Below, piece by piece: positions 10,987-23,370 of a stretch of DNA of 46,130 nt (positions are counted from its first letter, which is position 1; every line of letters begins with the position of its first letter). The notes beneath the pieces were generated by a model. That model was not told the origin of the DNA. It was given only the letters and a program-made list of their open reading frames with translations, and did no database searches. The stretch covers positions 1-46,130 of the forward strand of contig JAUCBJ010007445.1 in the NCBI GenBank assembly GCA_032718475.1. The letters run 5' to 3'. Origin of the DNA: Nemertoderma westbladi. Its lineage: Eukaryota; Animalia; Xenacoelomorpha. The translations under genes were made by a program, and so were the position numbers.

Positions 10987-13050
10987 TTAGTTTAGTTAGT
11001 TAGTTAAAATCTTTTATTCATCAAAACTCCGATGTTTAAAAAACATATGGAGGCAGCCCGTCTGGATGGCCCAGACATGGCTGATGATTGGTGATGAATA
11101 AGCGTCAGCAGCCGCACGTTATTTGTTCTAAATCTAAATCTATACTACAGTACATACTACTAGTATTAAACACATCTCACTCTAATATATTTATACATAC
11201 TCATACACACACAATCGTAATTGACACTAATATAACAGCACAATAAATAATAATCACCAATAAGTATAGCAGGTTGCAATGTAGGGCTAGTGGCAGTTAA
11301 TAATACTGTTCGTTAAAAAACGGTTGAATAATTGTAACTGGTTGTTGTCTTTTAGTTGAAGTTATGTAATTGCATTTCTGTCGTATTTTGTATGAAAGTG
11401 TTTTTTTAACGCGCGCATGAATTCCTTGTATTGCCTTATGAGTGTTAGTGTTTTATTTGTGCAGTTCCATAGGCGTGCAAAACTTAACATAGCGCTGTTG
11501 TATGATATTGTGTTTTTCGTTATTGGAATTTTTACTTTATTCGTTCTCGGGTTTAATAGTTGTTTCTGACTGTTGCTAATAAATGGTAGTTCTAAGTTTT
11601 GGAATGGTTTGGTAATTTTGAATATATATTGATAAAAAAATCGTAAAGCAAAATATTCCCTAAGGGCTGTTAGTGTTGGTAGTTTTGATAGACGACGTAA
11701 TTCGGTGCCAGAAATATCAGAAATCTTTTTGCTATGGACAATGCGAAGTCCATAGTTTTGTATTTTCTCTAAGCTATATAAGATAGTTTTAAAGCCGTGG
11801 ACATTATGCAATGATACTAGTACTTCACAGCAGTAATTGTGGTATGGTAATACTGTAGCCTTATAAATATTTAGTTTTGTGCCTACTGGTAGCTGACCCT
11901 TTATCTGCCGAAGTCCAGAGACGGCCTGGATCATTTTATTTGAGGTGATCTTAATTTGTTCGCGCCATTCAAGTTTGTTGTCAATGGTTAGACCAAGGTA
12001 ATTGATGTGTGTAGATTGTGGAATGTTAGTCTGTTTATTTGTATCCTCACTGAGATCCAGTTGTATGCTATTTATCTCGTCTGTTCTAGAATTAGGGGAT
12101 ATTAACATGAATTCAGTCTTATCGTTATTTAGTTGGAGGTGCAAAGAGCTAAAAATGTCCTTTAGTTCATTTATGTGTTTACTCAATGATATTGCAGCTC
12201 TGTTTGGATTTTTATCATGACAGTATACTAAGGTGTCGTCTGCATATTGGATTAGTTGGAGTTTAATTTTGCTAGCTATGGAATTTACATACATTAAAAA
12301 TATAATCGGGCCAAGGAGTGTTCCCTGTGGAATTCCGTGATTGATTAGTTTCCACTCAGAAGTGGTTCCGTTGAGTTTCACTCTTTGATATCTGTTTACT
12401 AAAAAAGTGCGCAGCATAGAGATAGCAGTGTTGTGGAATCCAAACTCGCCTAATTTTTGTAATAATATTGTGTGGTTCAATGAATTGAATGCTTTGCTAA
12501 GGTCTAGGGCTCCAATAGCTACATATTCACCAGTATTTAAGTAATTGCGCCAAGATTCTGTCGCATATAGTATAGCATCCCTAGTGGAGTAAGATTTCCT
12601 AAATCCAAATTGAGTTTTGTTTATTAGCTTGTGTTTGTCCAGATAGTGTGTTATTTGAATGTATAAAACCTTTTCGAATATTTTCTCAAGTGCCGATGTT
12701 ATTGATATGGGTCTATAGTTTTCTGGCTGTAGTCGGTCCCCTTTTTTGAAAACTGGGGTTACCTCTGCTATTTTCAATTTAGTTGGAAATGTAGATCTGG
12801 TTATACATTCATTTATGAGGTAAGTTAGTGGGGCAATTATTTTAGGTTTTATTAGCTTCAGCAGTTTCGGTGTGATTGGTGAGGGGCCAGCTGATTTGTT
12901 AATGTTAAGTCCATCTATGATATCATCTATCAAGAATTCATGAATATTCGAGAAACTAAAGCATGGTAAATTTCGTTGGTCCCGCATTACAATGGGGTTT
13001 GTTAATATATTAATGTTATTTGCTAAGTTAGGGATTCCTGTGAAGGTCCC
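10987..13050 (-). mobile_element. 5'-truncated CR1/L2-group LINE
   Basis: Uninterrupted RT ORF and 3' UTR ending in AATAAA (11018-11013) plus a (TAAC)n tail at ~10987-11005. No endonuclease domain is present. Confidence 0.88.
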
Positions 13051-13149
13051 CATTGCAATATAGTTTATGCTTATGCTTATGTTTATGCTGATCAATGTAA
13101 CGAGGCACCTTAGGGATTCAGGAGAGATACCAAAGCTGAGTTTATTCAT
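11362..13149 (-). CDS. LINE reverse transcriptase (ORF2, 5'-truncated; the first ~30 aa come from flanking DNA)
   Basis: Motifs KIAEVTPVFKKG, NYRPIS, QFGFR, DLSKAF, GIPQGTLLGP, YADD, YLG. Confidence 0.9.
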   Translation of the reverse strand: MNKLSFGISPESLRCLVTLISINISISINYIAMGTFTGIPNLANNINILTNPIVMRDQRNLPCFSFSNIHEFLIDDIIDGLNINKSAGPSPITPKLLKLIKPKIIAPLTYLINECITRSTFPTKLKIAEVTPVFKKGDRLQPENYRPISITSALEKIFEKVLYIQITHYLDKHKLINKTQFGFRKSYSTRDAILYATESWRNYLNTGEYVAIGALDLSKAFNSLNHTILLQKLGEFGFHNTAISMLRTFLVNRYQRVKLNGTTSEWKLINHGIPQGTLLGPIIFLMYVNSIASKIKLQLIQYADDTLVYCHDKNPNRAAISLSKHINELKDIFSSLHLQLNNDKTEFMLISPNSRTDEINSIQLDLSEDTNKQTNIPQSTHINYLGLTIDNKLEWREQIKITSNKMIQAVSGLRQIKGQLPVGTKLNIYKATVLPYHNYCCEVLVSLHNVHGFKTILYSLEKIQNYGLRIVHSKKISDISGTELRRLSKLPTLTALREYFALRFFYQYIFKITKPFQNLELPFISNSQKQLLNPRTNKVKIPITKNTISYNSAMLSFARLWNCTNKTLTLIRQYKEFMRALKKHFHTKYDRNAIT

Positions 13150-13189
13150 GTGGCTTTTAGCTTTTCTTGGTCTCTCGGTTTTCTTACAG

Positions 13190-13430
13190 TTTAGTTCTAA
13201 CGGGGCCCATGCGAGCTCGAGCTCTCTAATGTGTTCTGGTGTGATATGGCAGCGACGTTCTAGTTTCAGGCAGAACCGTATACAATTTCGTTGCAGGGCC
13301 TAAATTGGGTTTGGAGACGCTTGCTTAATGTCCTATATACCGACCACCAGCATGAGGAGCATGATGTGCGGTTGTATAAGTCGTCTTAATAGTCTTCTTG
13401 TGATTCTGACTAAAAGAGCGCCCTGATGAA
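13190..13430 (-). pseudogene. Fragment of a second, older CR1/L2-group LINE C-terminus
   Basis: TRRLL...LIQPH...LQRNCIRFCLKLERRCHITPEH..L.W, with stops. Confidence 0.5.
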
Positions 13431-13979
13431 ATAGAAAACGTAGAGAATAGAGTTACCCTTTTTTATTACTTTCACATCCATCAATTTATCGGACATTTTA
13501 GCATCCAAGATATTTAACAGTGGATCATAATCGGTGATCAATGGAGCTGCCATTGCAGCATGTTATAGTTCAATGCGAATTGTTTAACTCCAAGGAACTG
13601 TGTGGCCGTTGCCGGTGTTAAATTAAATTGTTATACAAACTTAATGAGGTGCATGAAGGAGGCGGCGGGTTATAAAGATTGGATTCCCTTCATTTTACTG
13701 GCTGAATCAGAAATATTAATTTAACTTCTGCGAGCAATTAAATATTTTTTACTATCTTACCTGCAGTGATTCTAGATTTCTTTCATTTTAAAGTTGAATG
13801 GATTTATATCAGCTGGAGTCATTTGTTAACAAAACATTATAAAATAACACTGTCGAGAATTTTAAAAGGCCTCGCACTGTTAGATTTATCCTTAAGCAAT
13901 GCAGTGCTAGATTAATTCTTGAACAACGCCTTCTAAACAATTGTTTAGGAGGCCGTGATCTTGAAGTAAATAATTAATA

Positions 13980-16710
13980 TAATTACGCTATGAAGGAAGT
14001 ACATTCCCGTAATATCTTTCTTCCCGTAATATCTGTTGACGGCACTGCGTGACTAATACCACTTTTTCTGGCTTGAGGCCTTGAGCATGTGAATAACTTC
14101 TGTCCAGTATCATTGATTGATTGCCATTGATGGCAAATGATCACGTAGAACACGTCCTTATAACAATTGGGCTGGTGATAGTCCGATCTCGCGAAGAGGA
14201 GTGTTTCTATACTGTAGTAGTGCCCTGTAGAATTTGTCAGTATCGAGAGAACAGTTTGTGCCAATATTATCAAGTAATATTCTTTTGGCGACTTTCACCG
14301 CGAGTTCTGCCCTCCCATGCTGATGAACGTCGGTAGCTCACACCCCAGTTGTCAAGAAACTGCTTTACACTATGAGATGGGAATGGTGGTCCACCATCAG
14401 AAGCTAGTTCTCTAGGGGCACAAAAAATTTCAAAAAGTTGACGTAAATGGGTAGTCAGAAAATTGGCGTTGCTGCTACTACTTTTAAAAACAGACACCCA
14501 TCCAGTGTACCGGTCAGAATATATAAGGTAATTGTAACCTTGAAGAGTGAAGAAATCCGATACCATTTTATGAAAGGGGTACTCAGGTACCGCTGAGGCT
14601 ATAATGGGCTCGGCTGGTTGTGATGGTGCTATGCGATCACATAATTTACACTGTGCTCGTGTATTCACAATGTTTGCATTAATGCCAGGCCAAAAAACAC
14701 ATGTCCGAGCACGTGCTTTCATACCAGTTACCCCTTGATGCGCCGAGTGGAGACATTCAAGGGTTTCTGCTCTCATTCGTTGAGGAACTACAATTCGGGA
14801 ACCATAAAGTATCACTCCATCAATAGTTGATAATAATTTAAATAAAAAAATAAAATAATATTTTCAATAGCGGTTTGTGGTCTGTAGCCACTGTTAGGTT
14901 AGTGCAACCTAAAACGAACATGCGATTTCTTTCCAAGCCATCTACCAAAGCCAGTGCTTCTCCCTCTACTGGTGAATAGCGGCTTTCAGCATCGGTGGTG
15001 AATCGGGACCCGGCTGAACAAATGAGCCACCCTTTAGGATAACAATACGGAGCTTTACTCATATCACACGAGCAATGTTTTTGAAGGAGGAATGAAGATA
15101 GAAGATATGCCTGTTTTACTCCAGTCTGTAGCTAACTAAACATGTTGGCCGATTAACCTCAAATGTTCTGACCCCATCTTCGACCTTCCTGATTATGGTG
15201 TCCTTTGATTTCTGGAATAGATGGTCCATTGTGCAGTCCCAGTAGAATTGCGACCGTGGTCTAAGTAGATCTCGAAAAGGTTGCATTTCTGGTGTAATGG
15301 CAAATGCATAACGCGACTTGATTTGTTAACCCGAACCAAGAACGCACTCCAGTATATCCTTTGAAGTTGGAAAGTCCCTTATGGCTGTCAAAATACTGTC
15401 AGTTGGTCTAATACCAGAGGGCGATATTGTGAACCCTGCAAAATCTAGTGTGTCCTTAGATAAATTAAATTTGGTGGGGTTGAAGACAATGCTATTTCTC
15501 GCACATAGTTCTATATATTTCACTGTGTGCCAAAAGGAAATGGCCACATCATCATCCCAGAGGAGTGCATCATCGATACATTTAGTTTTACGCTCCACAT
15601 CGACTATAATATCATTGTACCTCCGCATGAAACCCCCACCTGCTGCATGAAATCCTTGTGGTACACCTACAGTAGATAGCGATAGCGCCCCCATTCTGTG
15701 ATAAAGGTTGTTGCTTCTTGCGCAGCAGGGCTAAGAGGAAGGGAGTGGTAGCCATTCCATGCGTCTAGTATAGTTTTTTTTTGTTTGGTGGTACAACAGA
15801 TGCTTGATTATATGGAGAGGGGGTATGATGAGTCTCCCGGGATGTTGCTGCATTCATGCCTTGGATTTCCATCCTTTTTCGCAACAATGGCCATCTGCTA
15901 CACCAAATTGATGGTGTGCCTTGTGGTACTGGCTCGATTATCCCAAGGCGACAGTCACGATCAAGGTCTGACTTGACCTTTTTCTTCCAATGGTGGGGAA
16001 CCGGAATTGGGCAGTGAATAGCAGTAGGGGTAGCGTCGCTTTTCATATGAATAGTTAAAGTTGTGCCAGTCATTTTCGGTAATTCCTGGTGCTCACATAT
16101 ATTAAACGCTGTGCCTCCATAATATTGTAGTATCCAAGACTGAAAATTGTTCCCGATTGGACTCGGTCAAGGGGTATGGAACAGTAGTAAGAAGGGGTGG
16201 AACAGTAGTTCGTAGTAAGCAGCCACACTCAGCAATCTCTTTGCTGTCGATGGTGTTCATGTGACTTTCAGATGATGGTTTGAAACTATTAGCCCTTGGA
16301 TAATTTATGGGGATTACACCCAGATTAATTTGTGCCTGTTCTGATATGTAAATTCCTTTAACATTGCGAATGATGTATAGCCTGATTTGTTGTTCTGCCC
16401 TCGCTTGAAATTTCGGCCAATATAATACATACAATGTCAAGTTCGCCTTGAGAAACATTTGTTATGTGATGTGAGGTAGGGAGAATATGTTCTTCTCTCA
16501 TATTTAGTTTAGACAAGAGCTCCATGCCACTTACGCATGTTATGGCCCCTGTATCAGCAAAAGCCGCAGTACAAAAGCTAGGATGGCGGCACACAATCTC
16601 AGGAAGTGGTTTTCCCGGATCAGCGTGGCCCTTTTTATGAATTGAAATTTTTACTCCAATTTGGGCGTTGCACGGGGCTTTACATGTGTAAAAGAACTTC
16701 CTGACCATTC
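13980..16710 (-). mobile_element. Decayed Ty3/Gypsy pol (PR-RT-RH-IN order), no LTRs recognised
   Basis: Protease FADTGA; RT PIPVPHHWKKKVKSDLDRD..LGIIEPV and CIDDALLW; RNase H ESRYSPVEGEALA..TDHKPL; integrase LHSAHQG, CKLC, SDFF, SDGGPPF. Split by many frameshifts and stops. Confidence 0.9.
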
Positions 16711-17149
16711 TAGATGTGGTAGACCCCTTGTGAACCTGGTAGGGTCACTTGTTTCATGGAGTATGAAAAATACTAGCTTTAGTAGCTTACTTCCACTATT
16801 AATAAAATTCATTCACCTCGAATTAGTAATAATTTACATTCGCCCATACCTTTAATGATAAGGCTATCAGCTGTATGAAATATTTAACACACACTAATGC
16901 TACCCTAAGAATAATTTCAAGTTTGTAAGGGGTGGAGTTTAGACAGTAGCGCCTAAGCAAACGGTATGGGTGTACTATATAAGTACAATAATCTTGGCAA
17001 CCTCGTCGATTTATACTAAGCCTAAGTAGAAATCCATTACATAAGCCATTTTTCATCATGAACACCAGCTGTTATTGGTGTAATTTTACCATTGCGTCTA
17101 TGGCACTTTTCGTTTATTTCATTTTTTGAAAAAACAAATAACTGTATTT

Positions 17150-17312
17150 TTCTGAAAATTACTTTATACAGAGCCCAGGACCACGCTGAATCCAACGGTA
17201 TTTTCCTCATATCGCGAGAGCCAGTAGCTTAGGAGGAGATAGAGGAACAAACAAACATACATACATACATAAACAATTTGAGCTTTAGATAGAGCTTTAG
17301 ATATAGATATAT
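17150..17312 (+). repeat. Probable end of a non-autonomous interspersed repeat with (CAAA)/(CATA) microsatellite
   Basis: ACAAACAAACATACATACATAC followed by duplicated GAGCTTTAGATA. The family assignment is a guess. Confidence 0.3.
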
Positions 17313-17442
17313 AATGCAGCTGCAATGTTGAACTATTTATTTAGATATAATTTCATCCTCTAAAATATAGAAGCTACTTACTGTAAAATGTTTATTATAT
17401 GTTTGAAAATAAATATTTCATATTAAATTGTTCAGTTTATGT

Positions 17443-20400
17443 TTACTGAATATTATCTTCGAACTGAAGTTTCTTTATCTTTTGAGCCATCTTATCATCT
17501 TCACTTCCATCACGCTGTCTATCAATCGCTTCGTTGGCATTACTATATGCCCAGGCATAGAATGCAGCTATGGTCCTACTCTGTTCCAAAGGATCTACAT
17601 CCTTAAGAATTTCTTCTACACGTTTGGCTATACTAATTTTCAGATAATATGGATCAAATTCCACGCAAAGACGTCTGACATTCTGAGGTCCGGTAATCCG
17701 CATACGATCCCTGATGGTCTCCCAGTTGTATAGAGAGTTTTCTGAATAACCTAGCAACATAAATGCTGCTTTCATGACATGATGGCTATCATCCGTCGGT
17801 GTGGTCTCTTGGATATCCGATATGGATGGTTGACTGATCGATGATATCATGTGTCGAAGTCTTTCAATACGACGAAGACAGACAAGCAATCTGTTAGCCA
17901 TAGGGATGTCACCATCATATTCAAATGTAGCCGACACTGGACTTTTCTCAATTGCTTTAACGGCGTTTTCTACAATGCAAATTTCTCTAGCTGCTATCGC
18001 GACTCGAAGATCTTCCTTAAGTTTTTCGTAAAGTTTGAAATTCAGAGCATTGAAGTAATCGCCATCAGTGTCTTTAATATTCGCTTCCTTGTAAGCTGCC
18101 ATAGATCTGGTTAATGACTTGGAATCTTGAATGAAAAGGGCACATTTTAAATTATATTTCAGCACATTTTCAGATTTCAGCTTTGCATCCTTCTTTAATC
18201 TTCTTAATTTCTTTTCCGCGTTAAGTTTTTGGCCTTCAGAATTGAATTCTTTAAGAGCAGCAGAAAGTTCCACAACTTCACCATCCGCCATGGTTTTTTC
18301 TTTTTCAAACTGTTTAAGTTCCGTTTGTAATTCTTTGTAATAATCTTGCCTTTCCTTTACTTTCTGGAGTTCCATTTCCTTCAATTTATCTTCATCTTTC
18401 CTCATGTCTGAAACCAATTTCTTATGGCTTGCCAAATCAAGTAGATCGGATGGAATGTTCTCAAGCAAAAGAATACTACGTTTATCTTTTACAGAAAAGC
18501 GCAATAACTCTGTGTACATGTTTCCCTGATAGTCACCACATGCGGCAATAGTGATCTCCGTTCCAGCCTCACCTGTAGACACCCTCCCTTCCCACGCAAT
18601 CGATTCAGACAAGACCTGTTGCTGCAGATATGTCCAATTACCTGCACCATCTACCGCTACGATCTGAGTAGCTTCAGGGACCATCACAGCAAATACAGCG
18701 TTCACCTTCGCTGCAACATAGCTACACCTTGGTTCGAGTAGGCGACATCCCTGTCCCCATGTTTTGAAGACATTTGGGAACTTAGTAATTTCGTGATTTG
18801 TGCTCTTGTTATAAATTAGGTAGTTAAACACGTTTGTGTATTGGTCGTCGCTCTTCCACAGGCGAGAGTAGACACTGAATTTATATACACCAGCGTTCGG
18901 AAGGTGCACCATGAAACTTGCTGATCCCTCATCAATTTGTGGAAACACGCAGGAACTCAATTGTATGCTCTTCCGTTTAGCTATATCTTGTACATATAGC
19001 TCACCAATGATATCTAAATTACTTTCCAGTGAAAAATTAATTTTAACCTCCCCGAGAGTATGAAGAATGGGATCTGGGAAGGCAATTGGTTTCACACCCA
19101 CATGCCTATTACCTTTTGTGTATCCGTAACGGTTATATGGGACATGAGGAAACTCGATCACTTGACTTTTACGACTAACTGAACCGTCGTAGTGAAGCAA
19201 ATAGTCGCAAAGGTGGGGGTAAATTCCCTTTTCACCTTCAAACTTTCCATATATTTCAAGGCAGTATTCGCCAGGACAAGGAAGTACTACAGTAAACGAG
19301 ACCTCCTTCTTCACTATTCTGTGCATTACAAACCCACTTACTTGTCCTGCTGGCACATTAGACTCACGTAAACTGGTGACAAAATCTACTGGTCTGTTTA
19401 AAGCAAAACGAATTTCAACATCTCCGCTAGATGTTAGTACGTAGCCGGATAGATGTGTGATTGGCTCCATTTTAGTTTTGCAAATGGCCTCAGTTTGGGG
19501 TCCATAGCCTAAAACGCTAGTAGGAACGGGGGAGCAAGTAGGTGAGACTTTGTCGCAGACTACAACATATCCAGCCAACAGTTGCATAACGGCGTTTTCC
19601 TCCTTTTCAGTGATGTCAGAAGCACGTCTACCATAAATCTCGAGTATGTAGCGACCGCGATACGGTGGTCTAATAACGTAACTCAGTTGCGAGGGAGAGA
19701 AAACTTGAAACACATATCGATTCAATTCAACACCCTCAGCTGTTGTGTCTGTATAGCCGCCGTCAATTATGTGTCGAAACGTAAAGTTGAAAGTCAGCTG
19801 ATCACTCGGCAACGAAAAGTCAAGAACCGCTACACCACTTTTTGTTTCGGCTGGTCCCAAATAGTGTGACTGAATGGAGAGGCCGTACTTAAAGAAACTC
19901 GAGGAGGCGACAGGAAGATTGTGAAAGTCCTCGGAAGAAATTGGGAATTCCAAAAGTTGCCAATATTCACCGCTAGGAGGAAAGTGCGTATATATGAGTT
20001 GTTCGGGGTTTGTTATAAAGTAGAAATCGTCTATCTCATAAAGCATTCCTTCATCGACTGTTGTGTCATTGTCCAAATTCGAAGTGACGATATGTCTAGC
20101 ACCCCAATGACAATCCACTAATCTCCAATAACTCCCAATTAGGCATATATTCCACTCGGATATATATTCCGACCCAATGTCATCACCAACGCTATACCCA
20201 ATGCCTTTTACGTGACCCTGGACGACTTGGCAAGGGATGTTGCAATGCGTGAGAAGAAAAGCGTATAACTGTGCGTAGGTGCCCCTTCCAGCCGGGATTG
20301 ATGCCAAATAGCCCCCTGGGGTGGCGCCATCAGCCTCAAACTTACTAGCAACTGTTTCCAAATCCTGAATGGCTATCCAGGTGAACACTGAATAAGCAAT

Positions 20401-20781
20401 CTCTAAATCAGTCTTTGCTCCCTTTCTCAGTTCATTAAGAAGTTCTTTAAAGTCTCGCATGTACGAAGAACGACATCTAATAGCCCGTTTCTTAGCGGCA
20501 TCTAAAACGGCTGCGTTGCATATTTCATTTTTATCCTTAAAGGGGGGTATCAGTGGTGGCAACTGTTGTGGAACATCTAACTCCCCGCTGTCAGGGTTCA
20601 CATATCGAACGTTTGTGTTTTTCACTGTATTAGTTAGGGTATCTAGGTAAGCAGTGTCCTTGAGGGTAGTCGAGCCATCATTGGTTGCTATGCCCTGAGT
20701 GGCCAGAGATACGTTACTAGCTTGACGAATTCCAGAAGCCATTGAATATGCAGTTGGTTCAGTAGAGACGTTACCACCCAT
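17443..20781 (-). CDS. Hillarin / kyphoscoliosis-peptidase (KY)-like protein with transglutaminase-like domain and repeated beta-rich domains, intronless
   Basis: 1112-aa ORF with AYSVFTWIA, CQVVQGHVKGIGY, WN....W.LVDCHWGA, DDFYFITNPEQLIYTHFP, WQLLEFPIS, three P..G.Y.L.IY.R/K repeats and a C-terminal coiled/helical region. Confidence 0.82.
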   Translation of the reverse strand: MGGNVSTEPTAYSMASGIRQASNVSLATQGIATNDGSTTLKDTAYLDTLTNTVKNTNVRYVNPDSGELDVPQQLPPLIPPFKDKNEICNAAVLDAAKKRAIRCRSSYMRDFKELLNELRKGAKTDLEIAYSVFTWIAIQDLETVASKFEADGATPGGYLASIPAGRGTYAQLYAFLLTHCNIPCQVVQGHVKGIGYSVGDDIGSEYISEWNICLIGSYWRLVDCHWGARHIVTSNLDNDTTVDEGMLYEIDDFYFITNPEQLIYTHFPPSGEYWQLLEFPISSEDFHNLPVASSSFFKYGLSIQSHYLGPAETKSGVAVLDFSLPSDQLTFNFTFRHIIDGGYTDTTAEGVELNRYVFQVFSPSQLSYVIRPPYRGRYILEIYGRRASDITEKEENAVMQLLAGYVVVCDKVSPTCSPVPTSVLGYGPQTEAICKTKMEPITHLSGYVLTSSGDVEIRFALNRPVDFVTSLRESNVPAGQVSGFVMHRIVKKEVSFTVVLPCPGEYCLEIYGKFEGEKGIYPHLCDYLLHYDGSVSRKSQVIEFPHVPYNRYGYTKGNRHVGVKPIAFPDPILHTLGEVKINFSLESNLDIIGELYVQDIAKRKSIQLSSCVFPQIDEGSASFMVHLPNAGVYKFSVYSRLWKSDDQYTNVFNYLIYNKSTNHEITKFPNVFKTWGQGCRLLEPRCSYVAAKVNAVFAVMVPEATQIVAVDGAGNWTYLQQQVLSESIAWEGRVSTGEAGTEITIAACGDYQGNMYTELLRFSVKDKRSILLLENIPSDLLDLASHKKLVSDMRKDEDKLKEMELQKVKERQDYYKELQTELKQFEKEKTMADGEVVELSAALKEFNSEGQKLNAEKKLRRLKKDAKLKSENVLKYNLKCALFIQDSKSLTRSMAAYKEANIKDTDGDYFNALNFKLYEKLKEDLRVAIAAREICIVENAVKAIEKSPVSATFEYDGDIPMANRLLVCLRRIERLRHMISSISQPSISDIQETTPTDDSHHVMKAAFMLLGYSENSLYNWETIRDRMRITGPQNVRRLCVEFDPYYLKISIAKRVEEILKDVDPLEQSRTIAAFYAWAYSNANEAIDRQRDGSEDDKMAQKIKKLQFEDNIQ

Positions 20782-21242
20782 ATCACATCATCATAAGTTA
20801 TTAAAACTGTTTTAAATTGAAAAACCTTTTTCAGTATGTTTCCTGGAACATTGTTAAAAAATATGAGATATATTATTCTTAATACATACAGTTAATGCTA
20901 GTTAATTATTAAACGAGTGAAAGTGAAACATTTGAAAAGTTTTAAGTTTGTATGAAATGCTATTAATTGCGTTAATTAACGTTTCTAACGTTTTAGAAAT
21001 AAGTTAGTATGTCTAGTTAGTTTGTTTATTAGTAAGTTTATTCTTAAATTGGTACTTTTTTGTACGAAGAATAGAAACATAAAATGAATTTACATGTAGG
21101 GCCTATTGATGTTTTCAATGTTGGATGTATTGAATATTAATGTTGAATTCATTTCTTGTACTGTGCAATAATATTCTTGTCAATAAATATCCATCTATCT
21201 ATCGAAATAGTGTAACAAATGAACTATATTGAACTGCAGTAT

Positions 21243-21407
21243 TTTACTTTATTGCTTCCATTACTATAACTTCACTGGGTTATAACTTCACTTACTATAA
21301 GTTAAATTTACTTTATTGCTTCCATAGGCCCCTAACCTTACTTACTATAAGTTAAATTTACTTTATTGCTTCCATAGGCCCCTAACCTTACTTACTATAA
21401 GTTAAAT
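21243..21407. repeat. 50-bp tandem repeat, ~2.3 perfect copies plus one partial
   Basis: TTTACTTTATTGCTTCCATAGGCCCCTAACCTTACTTACTATAAGTTAAA repeated. Confidence 0.85.
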
Positions 21408-21710
21408 AATTTAGTGTGCTGATCTGAGTATGTTTTAGGAGAACGCCTTGCAGATACTAAAAAAGTTACAATAACTTTTGAGTGTCTGAATGGATTTTGC
21501 TAAAATTACGTCCAAACCTTTTCTACTTCGATGCTCCTTCGAACATATGAAATACAATTTCAGAAATTCTCTACAATATTTTCTCATTTGTTTTTTTTTC
21601 GCCGGGAAATAAGTAAACTAAATGCAATCCTATGGGTAACCTTTTCCCCCATGGAAAAAAGGTACTTTTTCTGCAGATTCCTTATTACCAACTACAGTAG
21701 GCACTGAAGT

Positions 21711-21822
21711 AAATTGTTTACTGAAATAAATTGTTTACTGAAATAAATTGTTTACTGAAATAAATTGTTTACTGAAATAAATTGTTTACTGAAATAAATT
21801 GTTTACTGAAATAAATTGTTTA
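21711..21822. repeat. 17-bp minisatellite AAATTGTTTACTGAAAT, ~6.5 copies
   Basis: Perfect periodicity seen directly. Confidence 0.95.
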
Positions 21823-22750
21823 TAGTTGAAATTTAATTTTTTACGGATACGAAATCTAATGTTCGTTTTGTTTACTACTGTAGCGATGCGACCAGTTTAT
21901 ATAATTATATTCGTAACTGTCGTTGAACAGTGGATTGTAATGCCAACAACACTGTAATTGTATAGTTAAGGTCGCCAAGACTTAATTAGTCGAATCTGTG
22001 GTTATTACAAAGCTTTGTTTGTAAGTCTAAGATTAGTTGTAATCTGCAGTATAATATCTTCACATAGCCTTGCTAAACTAATTAACGTTCGTTTAGTTTT
22101 ATTTAGGCCTACGTCAATGAAATACGTAGTTCGTGAACTTTAATGTGCAGTTTTAATGCGGGCCAAATAGCTCGAGTGTGAAACTCAGGTCAACTTTGTT
22201 CGAGGTTTTCCCCAGAAATTATTGCTTGTGATTCTCAAAACTTTTATCAATTAATATTTAATAGGCATACACACTATGCCACGCACACACACACACATAC
22301 GGGTGAAAGGTGTAAATCGGGGACATCCCTTTGTTACAAACAAACCGAGACCACCTTTCAAATTCATTATTTTTGACAATATACTTTTGAAAATATTATA
22401 TTCTTGATCGCTATAAAATTTCCTATCTACCCTATATCCTTTGATTGACCCAATCACAGTTTTTCCAAACACACAATTCACCTTAAAACCGGGGACTCAC
22501 CACGTTGGAGAGAATACACAGATGTGTATAATTGTGTTAAATCTTGGTATGATATAAACAATACAAAACGGGACTTTTGACATTTGACATTTGACAGGCA
22601 TATTTCATTACTCAAATAAGATATCCATCCCTGAATATTACCAAAGCCTCATTACTATTATTCAGCATGATCTTGAAAATATTATTTACATTATTCTCAT
22701 AATTTAAAGCTATGATTGCAGTTTTTCTGCAAACCCGCGGTTGTACATAC

Positions 22751-23150
22751 AATTCGGGGACATATTGTATTTCGTTCAATGATTCACGCAAATAGTGGCG
22801 GATATTGACCGCAACGCCTTCTTGAGCTGGAGCTGGAGCTATGGTATAGTTATTTTGATGCTAGTTTTAGCAGGTCTGGATAACTTTGCTCCCATCCATA
22901 TTTTGCCAGTGTGCCTTTTGGCTGATATTTATTATGATATCGAAAACATTTATTTCATTTGTCAAATTTGCATAAAATTCGGGGACATATTGTATTTGGT
23001 TCAATGCATTCACCATAGCAGCAATACGCCTTTTTGAGTGCTGGTATTCTGTATTTCAATGCGTGTTGTAGCAGCTTTGGATAAGATTCGCTACCCTCCA
23101 TATTTTACCGGCGTGTCTTTTAATTAATAATATGATATCGGTAAATTTAT
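22751..23150. repeat. Diverged ~225-bp tandem duplication
   Basis: AATTCGGGGACATATTGTATTT(C/G)GTTCAATG at 22751 and 22976, with colinear similarity downstream. Confidence 0.7.
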
Positions 23151-23370
23151 TCACATCTAGATGTTTTACCCCAAATAAGTTTATAAATAGCACATACGGC
23201 CAGTGTAAAAGATCTATCCGGCAAATTGGAGAAAAAAACGCTTTCTGTGAATCTTATATAAAGTTTTTATTTTTTTTCTGGCAACAACCTATACACTAAA
23301 TGTAAAGATGATAGAAAAAATAGAGTATTGAGGGTCTTTAGCTGGTTATATTATATTAGATAAAGATACA

